Notes under the pieces: model-generated
Seen by the model: only the letters and a program-made list of their open reading frames with translations
Databases searched by the model: none
Told to the model about the DNA's origin: nothing
Program-made: the position numbers and the translations under genes
IMG/VR virus record: IMGVR_UViG_3300012665_000628
Coordinates: 1-27,972 of that record
DNA from: a virus
Taxonomy: Duplodnaviria; Caudoviricetes
DNA: 27,972 nucleotides
Direction: 5' to 3' (one strand)
Shown here: piece after piece, positions 1 to 9,902 of the stretch
How positions within the stretch are numbered: position 1 is the stretch's first letter
How the letters are laid out: each line of letters begins with the position of its first letter

Positions 1-2155
1 TTTTTGACTCTTTTTTCTCAGGCAAATATACGTGCTTTTGATTTGCCATAATAGCTAAACCCGAACTAATTGATGCATCAAACTTAGTTCTGTCGTTTAC
101 ATCGAATTTAGCCCAATCTTGAAGCGTTCTATTGAACTGCATTTCGCCTATTTCATCCGGACTTCTGTAGATTCCTTCTGTGTCAAATCCCACAAATTTT
201 TCAATGTAAGTCTCAATAGCTGTAGCGTGTGCTTGCTTCACATCCTCACTTGAGTTAGGTATACCACCAATCTCTCGCTCAGTAAATGATAGCTTATTAG
301 CGTGCTTGTCTGGCCTGTTCATCGAGAAGCCTCTATAGCCACGGTTCTTAAAGTGGTATAGTAATCTGGCTTTATTATTCTCTGCAAGTATTGGCATTCC
401 ATAAAACACACACGCCATCAACACCTCTTCAAAGAATATCTCCGCTGTCTGTGGACGAGCAATGTATTCTAAAAAAAATTGGTTAGATGGAGCGTTCGCC
501 ATATTATACTTAGTTAGTCCATGCAATGACCCATTTGATCCACCAAAAGTTGCACCTGAGATATCATAAGGGTCACATCCAAATGCACCAATATGCTCAT
601 TACCAGGATACTTCTTGCCATTCTTGGTAATATAGTTATTACGTGTAGCCATGTCAGGTATCCACGATACTAAGAATCGACCATTCTTATCTGGTGTCCA
701 AATAACCTCCGTGTCCTTCTCTCCATTCTTCCAGTGAAAATATCCCTTGGTCAAAACTCTATCTTGAATCAGACCATCATTGTAGTCAATCTGCTGATAG
801 ATTTTAGTTAGATTAAATAAAGAGGACTTGGTCTCATCACGGAAGGCGTGAGACTCTGTTCTAGGGAACTGACGGTAGTGTTCGTTCAACGCATCAGGAT
901 CACTCTTTAATGAGTCAACCTCATTCTTCCAGTTAGTGATAACACCATCTGTGATAAGTTCTCCTTGCTGTGCTGACTTAATTGCTTTCTCTGGGTCTTC
1001 TAAGACTGCGTGACCAAACTCGTCAATGTATCCCTCATAGTTATAATCCATTGGAATAAATAATGAGTATAAACCCGACTTAGTCTGACCATTCGCATTT
1101 CTCTTTTTGACATCTGAGTCATAGTATAGCTTTTTATAGTTCTCTCCACCTTTGTCAAGTGCGTTGGATGTAGAACCCATCATACACTTACCAATAATCC
1201 TAGAACCCAAACGAAGACAAGTCTTTCTAACTCGCCAACCATTTAAGATGCTTAATGGTCTTTCTAACTTGGCAGCCTCGTCCTCGATAAGTAGCTTAAG
1301 CTTCTGACCGTCAAAGGAGTTGTCGGCTGTGTTCTTCCAAGTAATGGTGGTATCTAAACCATCAATCTCTTCCTCCTCCTCTTTGTCCATGTTCTTACGA
1401 GTGATCTTAGAAGATGGCACACGGAAGGCTAACTCAGTTACTGGTGATGAGTTACCATCACGAGTAGGCATAAAGAAGAAAGGATAGTTGTTGATAATAG
1501 GCACAACCTTTCCTGTAAACATCATCTTAGCATCGGTACCTGTCTTAGACATAATACCTATGCTCGAGTCTCTAGTTGATGTAGCAATATTAATAACCTC
1601 CGAGGATGCCATAAAGGAGAATCCTGAACGACGGTTCTTAAGATAGCACATACCAAAACACCTGTTATCTACCTTACAAGCTTCCCAGAATAAATAAAAT
1701 ATTCTGTTAGCTTCACGAAAATCAGGGTGACCTACGTCAGTCTTGGACCACTGTAAATATACATAATGTGAGCCAGTTATATAAGTAGGGGTGGAGTTGT
1801 TAATAAACCAATAGCCTAAGTCTCTGCGTTTAAATTCTTCTTCAATGTAATCTACCCATTGAGATTTAAATGCTGTGTCACGACGGTTCCAATCAAACTG
1901 TGTCTTGATTCTTGATAGCTCACGAGGTAGCTCTTCTACATGCCACTTGTTGTATTTGTAATCTATTTTCTCAGGCACGGCAGGCAAACCAACACGTAAG
2001 TTCTGTATGTCATAGATATCACCTAGCGTTCCATCCTTGGACACAATAACTATATCATATTCTTGATTATAACCAGGTGCCCAATCCTTCTTAGCATTAC
2101 GCTTCTTAAGAATCTTCTCAGGCACAGGATTTTCTACTATCTGATATAAACTCAT
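1..2155 (-). CDS. terL: Terminase large subunit (3'-truncated by window edge)
   Basis: Not in the ORF track; translated by hand from ATG at 2155 (ATGA overlap with upstream stop): MSLYQIVENP..., Walker A-like YLKNRRSGFS, Walker B LLIEDEAAK, coupling motif MMGSTSN, RNase H-like AFGCDPYD and C-terminal KFDASISSG; no stop seen before base 1. Confidence 0.92.
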   Translation of the reverse strand, partial: MSLYQIVENPVPEKILKKRNAKKDWAPGYNQEYDIVIVSKDGTLGDIYDIQNLRVGLPAVPEKIDYKYNKWHVEELPRELSRIKTQFDWNRRDTAFKSQWVDYIEEEFKRRDLGYWFINNSTPTYITGSHYVYLQWSKTDVGHPDFREANRIFYLFWEACKVDNRCFGMCYLKNRRSGFSFMASSEVINIATSTRDSSIGIMSKTGTDAKMMFTGKVVPIINNYPFFFMPTRDGNSSPVTELAFRVPSSKITRKNMDKEEEEEIDGLDTTITWKNTADNSFDGQKLKLLIEDEAAKLERPLSILNGWRVRKTCLRLGSRIIGKCMMGSTSNALDKGGENYKKLYYDSDVKKRNANGQTKSGLYSLFIPMDYNYEGYIDEFGHAVLEDPEKAIKSAQQGELITDGVITNWKNEVDSLKSDPDALNEHYRQFPRTESHAFRDETKSSLFNLTKIYQQIDYNDGLIQDRVLTKGYFHWKNGEKDTEVIWTPDKNGRFLVSWIPDMATRNNYITKNGKKYPGNEHIGAFGCDPYDISGATFGGSNGSLHGLTKYNMANAPSNQFFLEYIARPQTAEIFFEEVLMACVFYGMPILAENNKARLLYHFKNRGYRGFSMNRPDKHANKLSFTEREIGGIPNSSEDVKQAHATAIETYIEKFVGFDTEGIYRSPDEIGEMQFNRTLQDWAKFDVNDRTKFDASISSGLAIMANQKHVYLPEKKESK

Positions 2156-2613
2156 ATTATTTTCAAAAAGGCTACTTGTACAATTCGTGAGTCATCCCCA
2201 CTACCATAATTATTGAAAATATTTCTCGAATGAGGTATGTTGGAGTCAAATATAAATAGCCTATTGAACTTAGCATTTGTGATTAATATTGGCTCGTGGT
2301 TCTCATCGTACAAAGTTGTACCGTCTTCTTCTGGATGGTTCTTGGTTAGATAAAGAATAGCGGTGATGTCACCCATCATCTCATCTGAATGTATAAAGTT
2401 TGGCTCCTGCTGACCCTCGGGTGATATGCGAACAAAGTTGTAAGCTACCTGACAGCCTGGGTATAGACTTAAAAGCAATGCACCAAACTCATCGTTATCT
2501 CTAGGTTGAATACCTTTAAATAACTGTGTACCTACAGGGATGTCATAAAACTCACCACTTAAGATGTCAGCTAGATGCTCTTCTGGCTTAGGCATAAAAT
2601 TATCTACGACCAT
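2152..2613 (-). CDS. 2OG-Fe(II) oxygenase-like protein
   Basis: HxD (FIHSD), TAILYL, GTTLY, FNRLFIFDSNIPH and distal R (SRIVQVAF) match the double-stranded beta-helix dioxygenase pattern. Start moved to ATG 2613 (MVVDNF), 1 nt after the upstream stop. Confidence 0.75.
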   Translation of the reverse strand: MVVDNFMPKPEEHLADILSGEFYDIPVGTQLFKGIQPRDNDEFGALLLSLYPGCQVAYNFVRISPEGQQEPNFIHSDEMMGDITAILYLTKNHPEEDGTTLYDENHEPILITNAKFNRLFIFDSNIPHSRNIFNNYGSGDDSRIVQVAFLKII

Positions 2614-2614
2614 T

Positions 2615-2899
2615 CTATTTAATTTTAGTTGCAAACTTCTCAGCAAATCCCTTATTGGATATGTTCTTTTCAATGACGATACCCTCAATGATATTGCTCT
2701 CCTCTTCTACTCTTTTAAGAATCTCAAAAGCATCCATGATTGCTAATTTTTTGGCAGCCGCTGCATTCTTTAATTTATCAGCACTTAGATCATCGTCTAA
2801 ATGTGTGACAATCTTCTCCTCTGCGACCTTTATCAACTCCTCCACTGCTTTGTACCCTGAGTCAATAATACGTCTTTTTAAGTCGGTTATTTTGCTCAT
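2615..2899 (-). CDS. Probable terminase small subunit
   Basis: 94-aa all-helical protein (DKLKNAAAAKKLAIMDAFEIL) just upstream of terL; positional inference. Confidence 0.5.
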   Translation of the reverse strand: MSKITDLKRRIIDSGYKAVEELIKVAEEKIVTHLDDDLSADKLKNAAAAKKLAIMDAFEILKRVEEESNIIEGIVIEKNISNKGFAEKFATKIK

Positions 2900-3444
2900 A
2901 ATAATATGTTGATATTTTTAGTGTACATGCGGTACACCTTCTCCCCATCAATCTCAAATGGATACTCAGACTCGGGTTCAAAGGCAACCTTATCGCCTTC
3001 GTTCAACCCTAAGTCTAGCACCTCTTGATTAGCATACTTAATGATGCCAACTAATGGCTTCTCAGTATCCGTGGTCATAATGCCCTCATGGTCATTCTCT
3101 ACCGGAGACACAAAGACATATCTACCTACACCTATCCATTTGCCATTAGGCTTCTTGTAGGCATATGGGTCTTCAACAAAGAATAGATTCTCTTGGAAGT
3201 GATTCCAAGAAGACCTCTCTCTTCCCTTCATGTCATAATAGTACTTGAACGTGTTGTGGTGCACAATGATGGTGTCACCGGGCTCTATTGGACCTTCATA
3301 GCCAATGGGTGTAGAAATGACAATGGCCTCTCTCATGGAGGCCAAATGGTCTTCTTTGGAAGTAGAGATAACTATCTCACCACGAGTGTTGTCATATCGC
3401 TTACCCTCTCGAGGGCTTACAATATAAAAAAATGGGGACTTCAT
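2896..3444 (-). CDS. Tandem (two-domain) GroES-like protein
   Basis: Two GroES-like units: YIVSP..GEIVI..AIVIS..IEPGDTIIV and YVFVSP..GIM..GIIKY..LNEGDKVAF..FEIDGEKVYRM..NI. Confidence 0.65.
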   Translation of the reverse strand: MKSPFFYIVSPREGKRYDNTRGEIVISTSKEDHLASMREAIVISTPIGYEGPIEPGDTIIVHHNTFKYYYDMKGRERSSWNHFQENLFFVEDPYAYKKPNGKWIGVGRYVFVSPVENDHEGIMTTDTEKPLVGIIKYANQEVLDLGLNEGDKVAFEPESEYPFEIDGEKVYRMYTKNINILL

Positions 3445-3662
3445 TAGAAATCTATATTATATTCAATTGAGAATGGCATGTTGCCATTAATTTTTTTCCA
3501 TAATACCACTTCATTATCTCTCTCAATATAAATCTCGATGTCTGCACTCTCGAGTTGCTTGATAAGATGAATGATGTAGTTCCCTTGAAGTACAGATTGA
3601 CCATGCATATAATTCATGGCATTCTTATAATCTGCACCAAGGGATAGCTTGCGGATAATCAT
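3444..3662 (-). CDS. Hypothetical phage protein (72 aa, beta-rich)
   Basis: ORF coupled by TAATG overlaps at both ends. Confidence 0.7.
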   Translation of the reverse strand: MIIRKLSLGADYKNAMNYMHGQSVLQGNYIIHLIKQLESADIEIYIERDNEVVLWKKINGNMPFSIEYNIDF

Positions 3663-3901
3663 TACTCCTTAATTTCTCCAGAAGACAAATCAATAACTAC
3701 GTCACCGTACTTAGCTTGAAGTTCTTCTTGGATAGTTGTCAATTCTTCTCCTGCTTGGTCTGCGTTAAATAACACAGCCTTCTTCTTGGATTCTAATCGG
3801 TAGATAGAAATCTCAATGTCAGCAATAGTAGTACGAGCTTCACGCAAGTTTGTGCTTGCTTGCTTTAAACGCTCTAATTCTTGTTCTTCGATGTTAGCCA
3901 T
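3662..3901 (-). CDS. Small coiled-coil phage protein
   Basis: Heptad pattern then ELQAKYGDVVIDLSSGEI tail; TAATG coupling. Confidence 0.7.
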   Translation of the reverse strand: MANIEEQELERLKQASTNLREARTTIADIEISIYRLESKKKAVLFNADQAGEELTTIQEELQAKYGDVVIDLSSGEIKE

Positions 3902-4323
3902 TATTCTTGAATTAATTTTAATAAAATGTTATAGTTTTCTGTTGTCTTTACTTCCTCGATGTCCTTAGGAGCCAAAGGCGTGTACTCAATCTCTATGGTC
4001 TCAGAAAGAATCTCAGAGTATTCTCTTTGAAAGTCTAAGAACTTTGGATTGATTTCACCTGACTCTAAGTGTGTAGATACATTGTAATTACCTTCAACTT
4101 CTTCTCCGTACTTAACTATTAAGTCATCGTGTAGTTTTCCTACAGTTTCTTTTTCTGACTTTAGCTTTTCAACCAAAGAGCTCATGCGGTATCTTACAAG
4201 CATACTAATATTCTGCTTAAGGAATCCGTCTAAGACTTTCTCTTTTGTCTGTGGATTTACGAAGCCATTGATCTCGGCTTCTAATTCTAAAACTTGAGCA
4301 AGCGTTAAATTAATTTTTTCCAT
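3901..4323 (-). CDS. Hypothetical acidic helical protein (possible tail-fibre assembly factor)
   Basis: 140-aa ORF with LIVKYG motif downstream of the fibre genes; function by position only. Confidence 0.65.
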   Translation of the reverse strand: MEKINLTLAQVLELEAEINGFVNPQTKEKVLDGFLKQNISMLVRYRMSSLVEKLKSEKETVGKLHDDLIVKYGEEVEGNYNVSTHLESGEINPKFLDFQREYSEILSETIEIEYTPLAPKDIEEVKTTENYNILLKLIQE

Positions 4324-4346
4324 TAGATTATTATTTTTTTGTAAAG

Positions 4347-4724
4347 TTAAACAATAGGTTGATCACCTGCAACAATTTCTTGCTCAATTGTAGGTGTAGG
4401 CCATGGGTTCGGTAATACGATAATTGGTGGGTTAATTTGATTCTCAATTTGAGCATCCAAGTTTGCATTCAATGCTTCTACGTCATTACCTGCATCTAAC
4501 CATCCGCATACTTGCTCAAATGTCAAGTCTGGGTAAGCAGTAAAGTCTGTCTCTGATGGAGTTTGGCAACCCATTGCACCATACGTATCAGCATAGTAAG
4601 TCTTGTCGCCATCTACTGCTGTAGCGTTGCGACGCCAGTGAACAGTAACCACTACATCTATTAAATTTCCTTCTTGTGGCTTAGTGTCCATTTGTGACAC
4701 GACCCAATTGTACGTTGTTGTCAT
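4347..4724 (-). CDS. Tail-fibre-associated protein
   Basis: YNW..VVVTVHW..FTAYPDLTFEQVCGWL..LDAQI..PW pattern, a family I recognise as commonly following phage fibre genes. Confidence 0.65.
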   Translation of the reverse strand: MTTTYNWVVSQMDTKPQEGNLIDVVVTVHWRRNATAVDGDKTYYADTYGAMGCQTPSETDFTAYPDLTFEQVCGWLDAGNDVEALNANLDAQIENQINPPIIVLPNPWPTPTIEQEIVAGDQPIV

Positions 4725-4725
4725 G

Positions 4726-7700
4726 TTATTTGTTTATTAATTGTTTTAGTTCTTCTATTTGAGATTGTTGCTCTTGTATTGCCTTTACCAATGTAGCATA
4801 AATAGCATCCTTCTCTAATCCTAAATATTTTACATCTTCTCCAAATTCTTTAATTGCTTCTGGCATAATTTCTTGTACCTCTTGAGCAATAAATCCAAAT
4901 TGAATACCTTGGTTTATTGTATCTTCTTTCCAAGTATAATTAACAGGTCTTAAATCCATTATCTCTTTTAAACCCCAAGAAATATTTGTGATATTATCTT
5001 TTAATCTCGTGTCAGATGGATTAGTATTTGTTAAAGTTCCACCACTTGAATATACTGTACCAGTTCCCAATGATGCCGAATACATACTTCCTCCATTTGC
5101 ATTTAATGCTATTACCGTAGTTCCTGAAGTATTAAATAAAGCTAAACCAACGTTTGCTGGACTACCTGAGTAAGAATTATAAAACTGAATTTTAGAACTG
5201 CTTTGCCCAGTAAAAATTAGGTTACCAGTGCTATCAATTCGCATACGTTCGGTAGGAGATGTAGCTCCAGCTGCTGAAGTTTGGAAGCTCATAAAACCTG
5301 AACTATCAAAACTTATTGCATTTTGGGCATAACTAGTACTATCGGCATTTTGTGAGCCATTATAAAACCAATTGGAAGTTATATAGAAATTATTTGCAAA
5401 CATCCCAATATGACCTTTAATAGAATTACCTGTACTAAAAAAGTCCATTGTAGATGTTGTACCTCCAGTTGATTGTACTGACAATAAATTACTCGGCGAA
5501 GTCGTCCCTATTCCAACATTCCCACCGCTAGTAATCCGCATACGTTCTAGTAAATTATTATTATCATCTGTTGCAAATGATAAATAACCTAAAGCACTTC
5601 CTGCACCTGTGGTTTCCTTCTTGCCAAAAATTGCTGCATAAGTATATATTTCAGCATTATTTGCAGTACCTCCAAAAGTAAGCGAACCTCCCATATTTTG
5701 AGCTTCACTATTAGTAGTGTAAATATTTAAATTCCCATAACTACGAAATGCGCCACCAACCGCATAATTACTTCCTGCTATTGTTAGTAAAGAATTTGGT
5801 GCCGTCGTTCCAATTCCCACATTCCCCCCGCTAGTAATCCGCATACGTTCGGTATCCTGTGTAAGAAAAACATATGGAACTGCTGCAGTAGTATTAAAAT
5901 TAATTGCACTTCCTCCAGCGTAAATATTAACACTTGAACTATTATCTGAAGCAGTTAATCTTAATAAACCTCCATTTCCTCCACTTTTACCATTTATATG
6001 TAAAGTAGTATATCCCGAGTAATCAGTTGGCGCATTCGTTCCTATTCCTACGTTGCCTGCGGAAGTAATCCGCATCTTCTCATTTAATCCTACGTTTGCC
6101 GTATATACTTGAAATATTAATCCTCTTTGGTCTCCTGCTCCATCTCTAATTGAGTACAAACCAGTATAGGTGGTACCGCTACTCTGAGATGTTATAATAG
6201 GAGAAATAGTATTTTGAGTTCCTGAAGTTTCAATACTTAGTAAAGTCTGTGGCGAAGTCGTTCCGATTCCTACCATGCCACCATTAGATATATATAATCT
6301 TTTAGTAAACGAAGTGCCTGTCTGTGTTGTAGATTGTCCTATTGAAAAATCGCCATAAGCTACATCGTCATTTATAATCCTCCAAGTTCTAGAGGCAGCA
6401 TTTGCAGTAGAATATGTAAATTGTAAAAAACCACTAGAACCTGCACTAGATGGTAAATACATCTGTGTCGCCGTAACACTACTTGAAAACGTGGCTGCCC
6501 CTGTGGAGGCAATAAGTAAATGGTCAGCTCCTCCTCCATTAGATAAAGCAAAAAATCCACTATTGCTTGTTAAATATATTGGATTAGTCCCTGCACTCGA
6601 CCTTAAAATTAAAGCACCACCTGCATAAGTATTTGCACCTGCTGTTGCAGTTACACTACTCGAAAACGTAGCAGTAGTCCCACTCAAAGCTCCTGTAAGT
6701 GTACCACCTGATAAAGGCAAATAAGCATTTGAATCTAAAGTTCCGTCAGCTTTAACAAACTGAGAAGATGTGCCCGTAACATAAGAAACTGTTGTTGCTG
6801 ACATCCTAACAAAGCCATTCCCATTCAATAATGTTTGCTTGTTATTAAATGTTGTCCAATCGCCATTAGAAAGCAAGCCTCTGTTAGTTGCACTAGCAGT
6901 TGGAAGATTCAATGTAATCTCACCTGTTGTTGTAATAGGAGAGTTAGAAATGTTAGCATCTGTACCAGATGTTCCTAACGCAAGCCCAATAGATGTAACT
7001 GTACCTACTGACCAAGTACGGTTAGCAGATAAATCGTATCCCGTACCATTGATAGTAAGCGTGGTCGCAGCATTTGCTGGTGTGTAACCAAGTGTTGTTG
7101 CAATAGACTTCTTCTCCCAAAGAGATGTAGTCGTATTGTAAGCAATGATATCATTGTTTGCAGGATTCCTAGCAGATACGTTATGAAGCTCATCTAGCTC
7201 ATAGCCATTCTGGATATTAACCTCGATTTGTCCTTGAGTCGGATGTGATCTAGTTATAATACCAATATATACTAAATGATTAGGAGCATATTGCTTAACG
7301 GTGGTGTAAGCACCAGCTACTGTAGACGAAAGATACAATTGATCTCCTTCGTCAAATGCAGAAGTATTCAATCCGGTTAAATCGCCTATACAAACAACAT
7401 TACCGTTTGCTTCATTTGCGATATCAGCCTGAACTAAACCAAATGTTTGAGCAGATGTAGTATCGCCAGTAGCAATAGCTTTTGAAACTGTTGGCCTATT
7501 ACCAGTTGCCCCACTAATATAAATTACCGTTCCTTTTGTTAGTGTTGCTCCTGTATTATTTCTAATACCACGAATTAACGTGGATGCCGTAGACATTGAT
7601 GGGAATGTAACTAAGCTACCATCTCCTGCAATGTATTGAGTTGTATCACCAGCACCTGTTACAGTAAGTGTACCTGCGGTAGTTACAGGACTATTAGTTA

Positions 7701-9846
7701 CAGTAAAAGCAGATGGCATACTTAAGCCAACTGATGTAACTGAGCCACCACCACTAGTACTAGAGATAACCCCTGTTGTAGAGTTATAAGCAATTCCAGA
7801 ACCAGCACTAATAGATGCTCTAGCTCTAGCTGTAGTAAAGTATAAATTAGTTGTACCCTCAGTTACTAAATCTGTGTTGTAATCACCACTTTGAGCAACT
7901 ACTGTTCCAAAGCGACCAAACACACTAGTCACTGACTCAGTGTTATCAATTTTAATCCAACCTGTAGCTGACTTAACTGCTAAGTCATTAACCAACCAAT
8001 CAGTAATGCCACCTAAGTTCGTATTACCAGCAACAGATACTCTCCAAGCAAAACCTGTCTGAGTAGTTGCTGTGATGTCAGGTACGTTAGTAGCAGCATT
8101 CCAATCCCCTTGTAAAATAATTCCTCCTGCAGTTGCACTGTCAACATAAACCTTAACCGCATTCTGAGTAGGGTATAAAGTAGCACTTGTTCCTAAGGCT
8201 GTGTTATTTGACTTGTTAGCAACATTCTCAGGAGTGAATCCTAATGCATCTGTAACATCTGTGGATGTCAATGTAATAGCACCCGTACGAGTGTTGAACG
8301 ATGTCACACCACCTTGGTACTGAGGGATATTTAAAATACCTGTAGATGAGCTATAAGTAGCTGGACCACTTGTACCTGTAGTAGTAAGTGATATAGCCCC
8401 ACGAGCACGCGCAGTAGTAAAGTATAAATTATCACCCTCTGTAACTAATGTTGTAGTATAATCTCCTGATTGAGCGACTACAGCACCTGTGCGTCCAAAT
8501 ACAGACGTTACAAGATTGGTGTTATCATCAGTCCAAGAAGCAGTAATAGTACCACCGTCCTGCTTATTAAGTGTTAGTGTTTTAGTTGTTGTACCTGTAA
8601 CAGCAGCAGAAGTAATACTACGGTTGTAAGCAGTATTCCATTGACTCGACTGTGAGGTAGTAGGAATAAAATATCCAGTAGTAAGCGAGAATATACCTGT
8701 GGTATTACTATAGTCAATTCCTGTAATAGAACTACTAATTACGTTACGAGCTCTTTGGTCAGTAAAATAAAGATTGGTGCCTTCTGCAACCGGAGTTGTT
8801 GTTAGGTTTTGCCAAGTTTTATCACCTCTCCAATATTGAGAAGTAGTACCTGGTGTAACAAATGATTCCTTACTATTAAAAGTAGTCCAATCAGTTGAAC
8901 TTAAGTATCCATTTTGTGTAGCACTAGATAATTGTATAGAAAACACACCGGTTGTGCTATTATAAAGCAAAGGAGTTGTCGCAGAAACGGATCCTCTAGC
9001 ACGAGCAGTTGTAAAGTACAAGTTTGTACCCTCTGTAACTAATGTGGTGGTATAGTCACCCGACTGAGCTACAATAGCTCCCGTACGACCAAATACAGAT
9101 AGAACTGTATCGGTATTCTGGTCTACCCAAGAAGCAGTAATTGTACCGCCATCTTGCTTGTTTAATGTTAATGTCTTTGTTGTTGTGCCTGTTACTGAAG
9201 CACTAACTAAACTTCTATTATATGCTGTATTCCAATTAGTATTGGTAGTAGGGTCAAGAGATATAACAACATCGTTATCACCTGTTGCAATAATAGGGAA
9301 TGTGGCTTCAAGGCTAGTTACTACATTAGCTCCAGACCAAAAGCCAAATACTAAAGATTCTCCCTCTAAAATAGACCCTGATGTTCCACTAACAAATTCT
9401 AAATCTAGTAAAAAGAACCACTCTGTGTCAGGCGTTACCGCAACAACATTATAGATGGCATATTGACTAGGACCAGAAGGTACGTGAACTAAAATGGCTT
9501 GACCAACCCATTCATTAATAATGAATGTCCTAGGCATTGTATTAGCCATTGTTAAGGCAGAAACCCTTAATGGCTCGGCAGCCAATCCAGTAATACTAAT
9601 ATTCTGTGCTACACGGTCAATCTGCTGAAAGCTCTTTTCGGCTTGAGGCTGAGTAGTAGAGTATGGGGCATACTGCCACGAGAAACTGCCTGTGTCAATG
9701 ATAGCAGTTCTATTGAAGTAGTCAGCGACTGCGTTAGCCGTGAAGTTTTTAGTGGCAAGGTTTTCTGTATTAGCATCTGTCCCGATCCACTTATCGAGTC
9801 CAGTAACAAATGTATCCCTTGGGTAAGTACTAATTCTAGCGCACAT
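4726..9846 (-). CDS. Long tail fibre with C-terminal intramolecular chaperone (peptidase S74)
   Basis: 1706 aa, T/S/G-rich; repeats SVFGRTG, EGxNLYFT, ERMRI..GNVGIGT; C-terminal SDTRLKDNI..LRPVNYTW..GFIAQEV..LVKAIQEQQ coiled coil. Confidence 0.92.
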   Translation of the reverse strand: MCARISTYPRDTFVTGLDKWIGTDANTENLATKNFTANAVADYFNRTAIIDTGSFSWQYAPYSTTQPQAEKSFQQIDRVAQNISITGLAAEPLRVSALTMANTMPRTFIINEWVGQAILVHVPSGPSQYAIYNVVAVTPDTEWFFLLDLEFVSGTSGSILEGESLVFGFWSGANVVTSLEATFPIIATGDNDVVISLDPTTNTNWNTAYNRSLVSASVTGTTTKTLTLNKQDGGTITASWVDQNTDTVLSVFGRTGAIVAQSGDYTTTLVTEGTNLYFTTARARGSVSATTPLLYNSTTGVFSIQLSSATQNGYLSSTDWTTFNSKESFVTPGTTSQYWRGDKTWQNLTTTPVAEGTNLYFTDQRARNVISSSITGIDYSNTTGIFSLTTGYFIPTTSQSSQWNTAYNRSITSAAVTGTTTKTLTLNKQDGGTITASWTDDNTNLVTSVFGRTGAVVAQSGDYTTTLVTEGDNLYFTTARARGAISLTTTGTSGPATYSSSTGILNIPQYQGGVTSFNTRTGAITLTSTDVTDALGFTPENVANKSNNTALGTSATLYPTQNAVKVYVDSATAGGIILQGDWNAATNVPDITATTQTGFAWRVSVAGNTNLGGITDWLVNDLAVKSATGWIKIDNTESVTSVFGRFGTVVAQSGDYNTDLVTEGTTNLYFTTARARASISAGSGIAYNSTTGVISSTSGGGSVTSVGLSMPSAFTVTNSPVTTAGTLTVTGAGDTTQYIAGDGSLVTFPSMSTASTLIRGIRNNTGATLTKGTVIYISGATGNRPTVSKAIATGDTTSAQTFGLVQADIANEANGNVVCIGDLTGLNTSAFDEGDQLYLSSTVAGAYTTVKQYAPNHLVYIGIITRSHPTQGQIEVNIQNGYELDELHNVSARNPANNDIIAYNTTTSLWEKKSIATTLGYTPANAATTLTINGTGYDLSANRTWSVGTVTSIGLALGTSGTDANISNSPITTTGEITLNLPTASATNRGLLSNGDWTTFNNKQTLLNGNGFVRMSATTVSYVTGTSSQFVKADGTLDSNAYLPLSGGTLTGALSGTTATFSSSVTATAGANTYAGGALILRSSAGTNPIYLTSNSGFFALSNGGGADHLLIASTGAATFSSSVTATQMYLPSSAGSSGFLQFTYSTANAASRTWRIINDDVAYGDFSIGQSTTQTGTSFTKRLYISNGGMVGIGTTSPQTLLSIETSGTQNTISPIITSQSSGTTYTGLYSIRDGAGDQRGLIFQVYTANVGLNEKMRITSAGNVGIGTNAPTDYSGYTTLHINGKSGGNGGLLRLTASDNSSSVNIYAGGSAINFNTTAAVPYVFLTQDTERMRITSGGNVGIGTTAPNSLLTIAGSNYAVGGAFRSYGNLNIYTTNSEAQNMGGSLTFGGTANNAEIYTYAAIFGKKETTGAGSALGYLSFATDDNNNLLERMRITSGGNVGIGTTSPSNLLSVQSTGGTTSTMDFFSTGNSIKGHIGMFANNFYITSNWFYNGSQNADSTSYAQNAISFDSSGFMSFQTSAAGATSPTERMRIDSTGNLIFTGQSSSKIQFYNSYSGSPANVGLALFNTSGTTVIALNANGGSMYSASLGTGTVYSSGGTLTNTNPSDTRLKDNITNISWGLKEIMDLRPVNYTWKEDTINQGIQFGFIAQEVQEIMPEAIKEFGEDVKYLGLEKDAIYATLVKAIQEQQSQIEELKQLINK
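8398..9234 (-). repeat. Two 243-nt (81-aa) internal duplications in the tail fibre (8992-9234 and 8398-8640)
   Basis: Both encode WNTAYNRS..VTGTTTKTLTLNKQDGGTITASW..SVFGRTGA.VAQSGDYTTTLVTEG.NLYFTTARARG; a partial third copy lies near 7820-7935. Confidence 0.9.
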
Positions 9847-9872
9847 AGGCCGTATATCAATTTATTATCTAG

Positions 9873-9902
9873 CAAAAATACGAAAAAGAAGTTACAAATT
9901 TA
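9873..9902 (-). promoter_or_regulatory. Two Bacteroidota-type -7 boxes upstream of the tail fibre
   Basis: Minus strand TAAATTTG (9895-9902) and TATTTTTG (9873-9880) match TAnnTTTG, in or beside the 45-nt intergenic gap. Confidence 0.55.

Noticed and set aside
2614-2688. N-terminal extension of the oxygenase ORF
   Set aside because: Lies inside the upstream gene; ATG 2613 gives normal coupling.
4726-9846. Diversity-generating retroelement or invertible shufflon acting on the fibre
   Set aside because: No reverse transcriptase, recombinase, adenine-specific TR/VR pair or inverted cassettes in the window.
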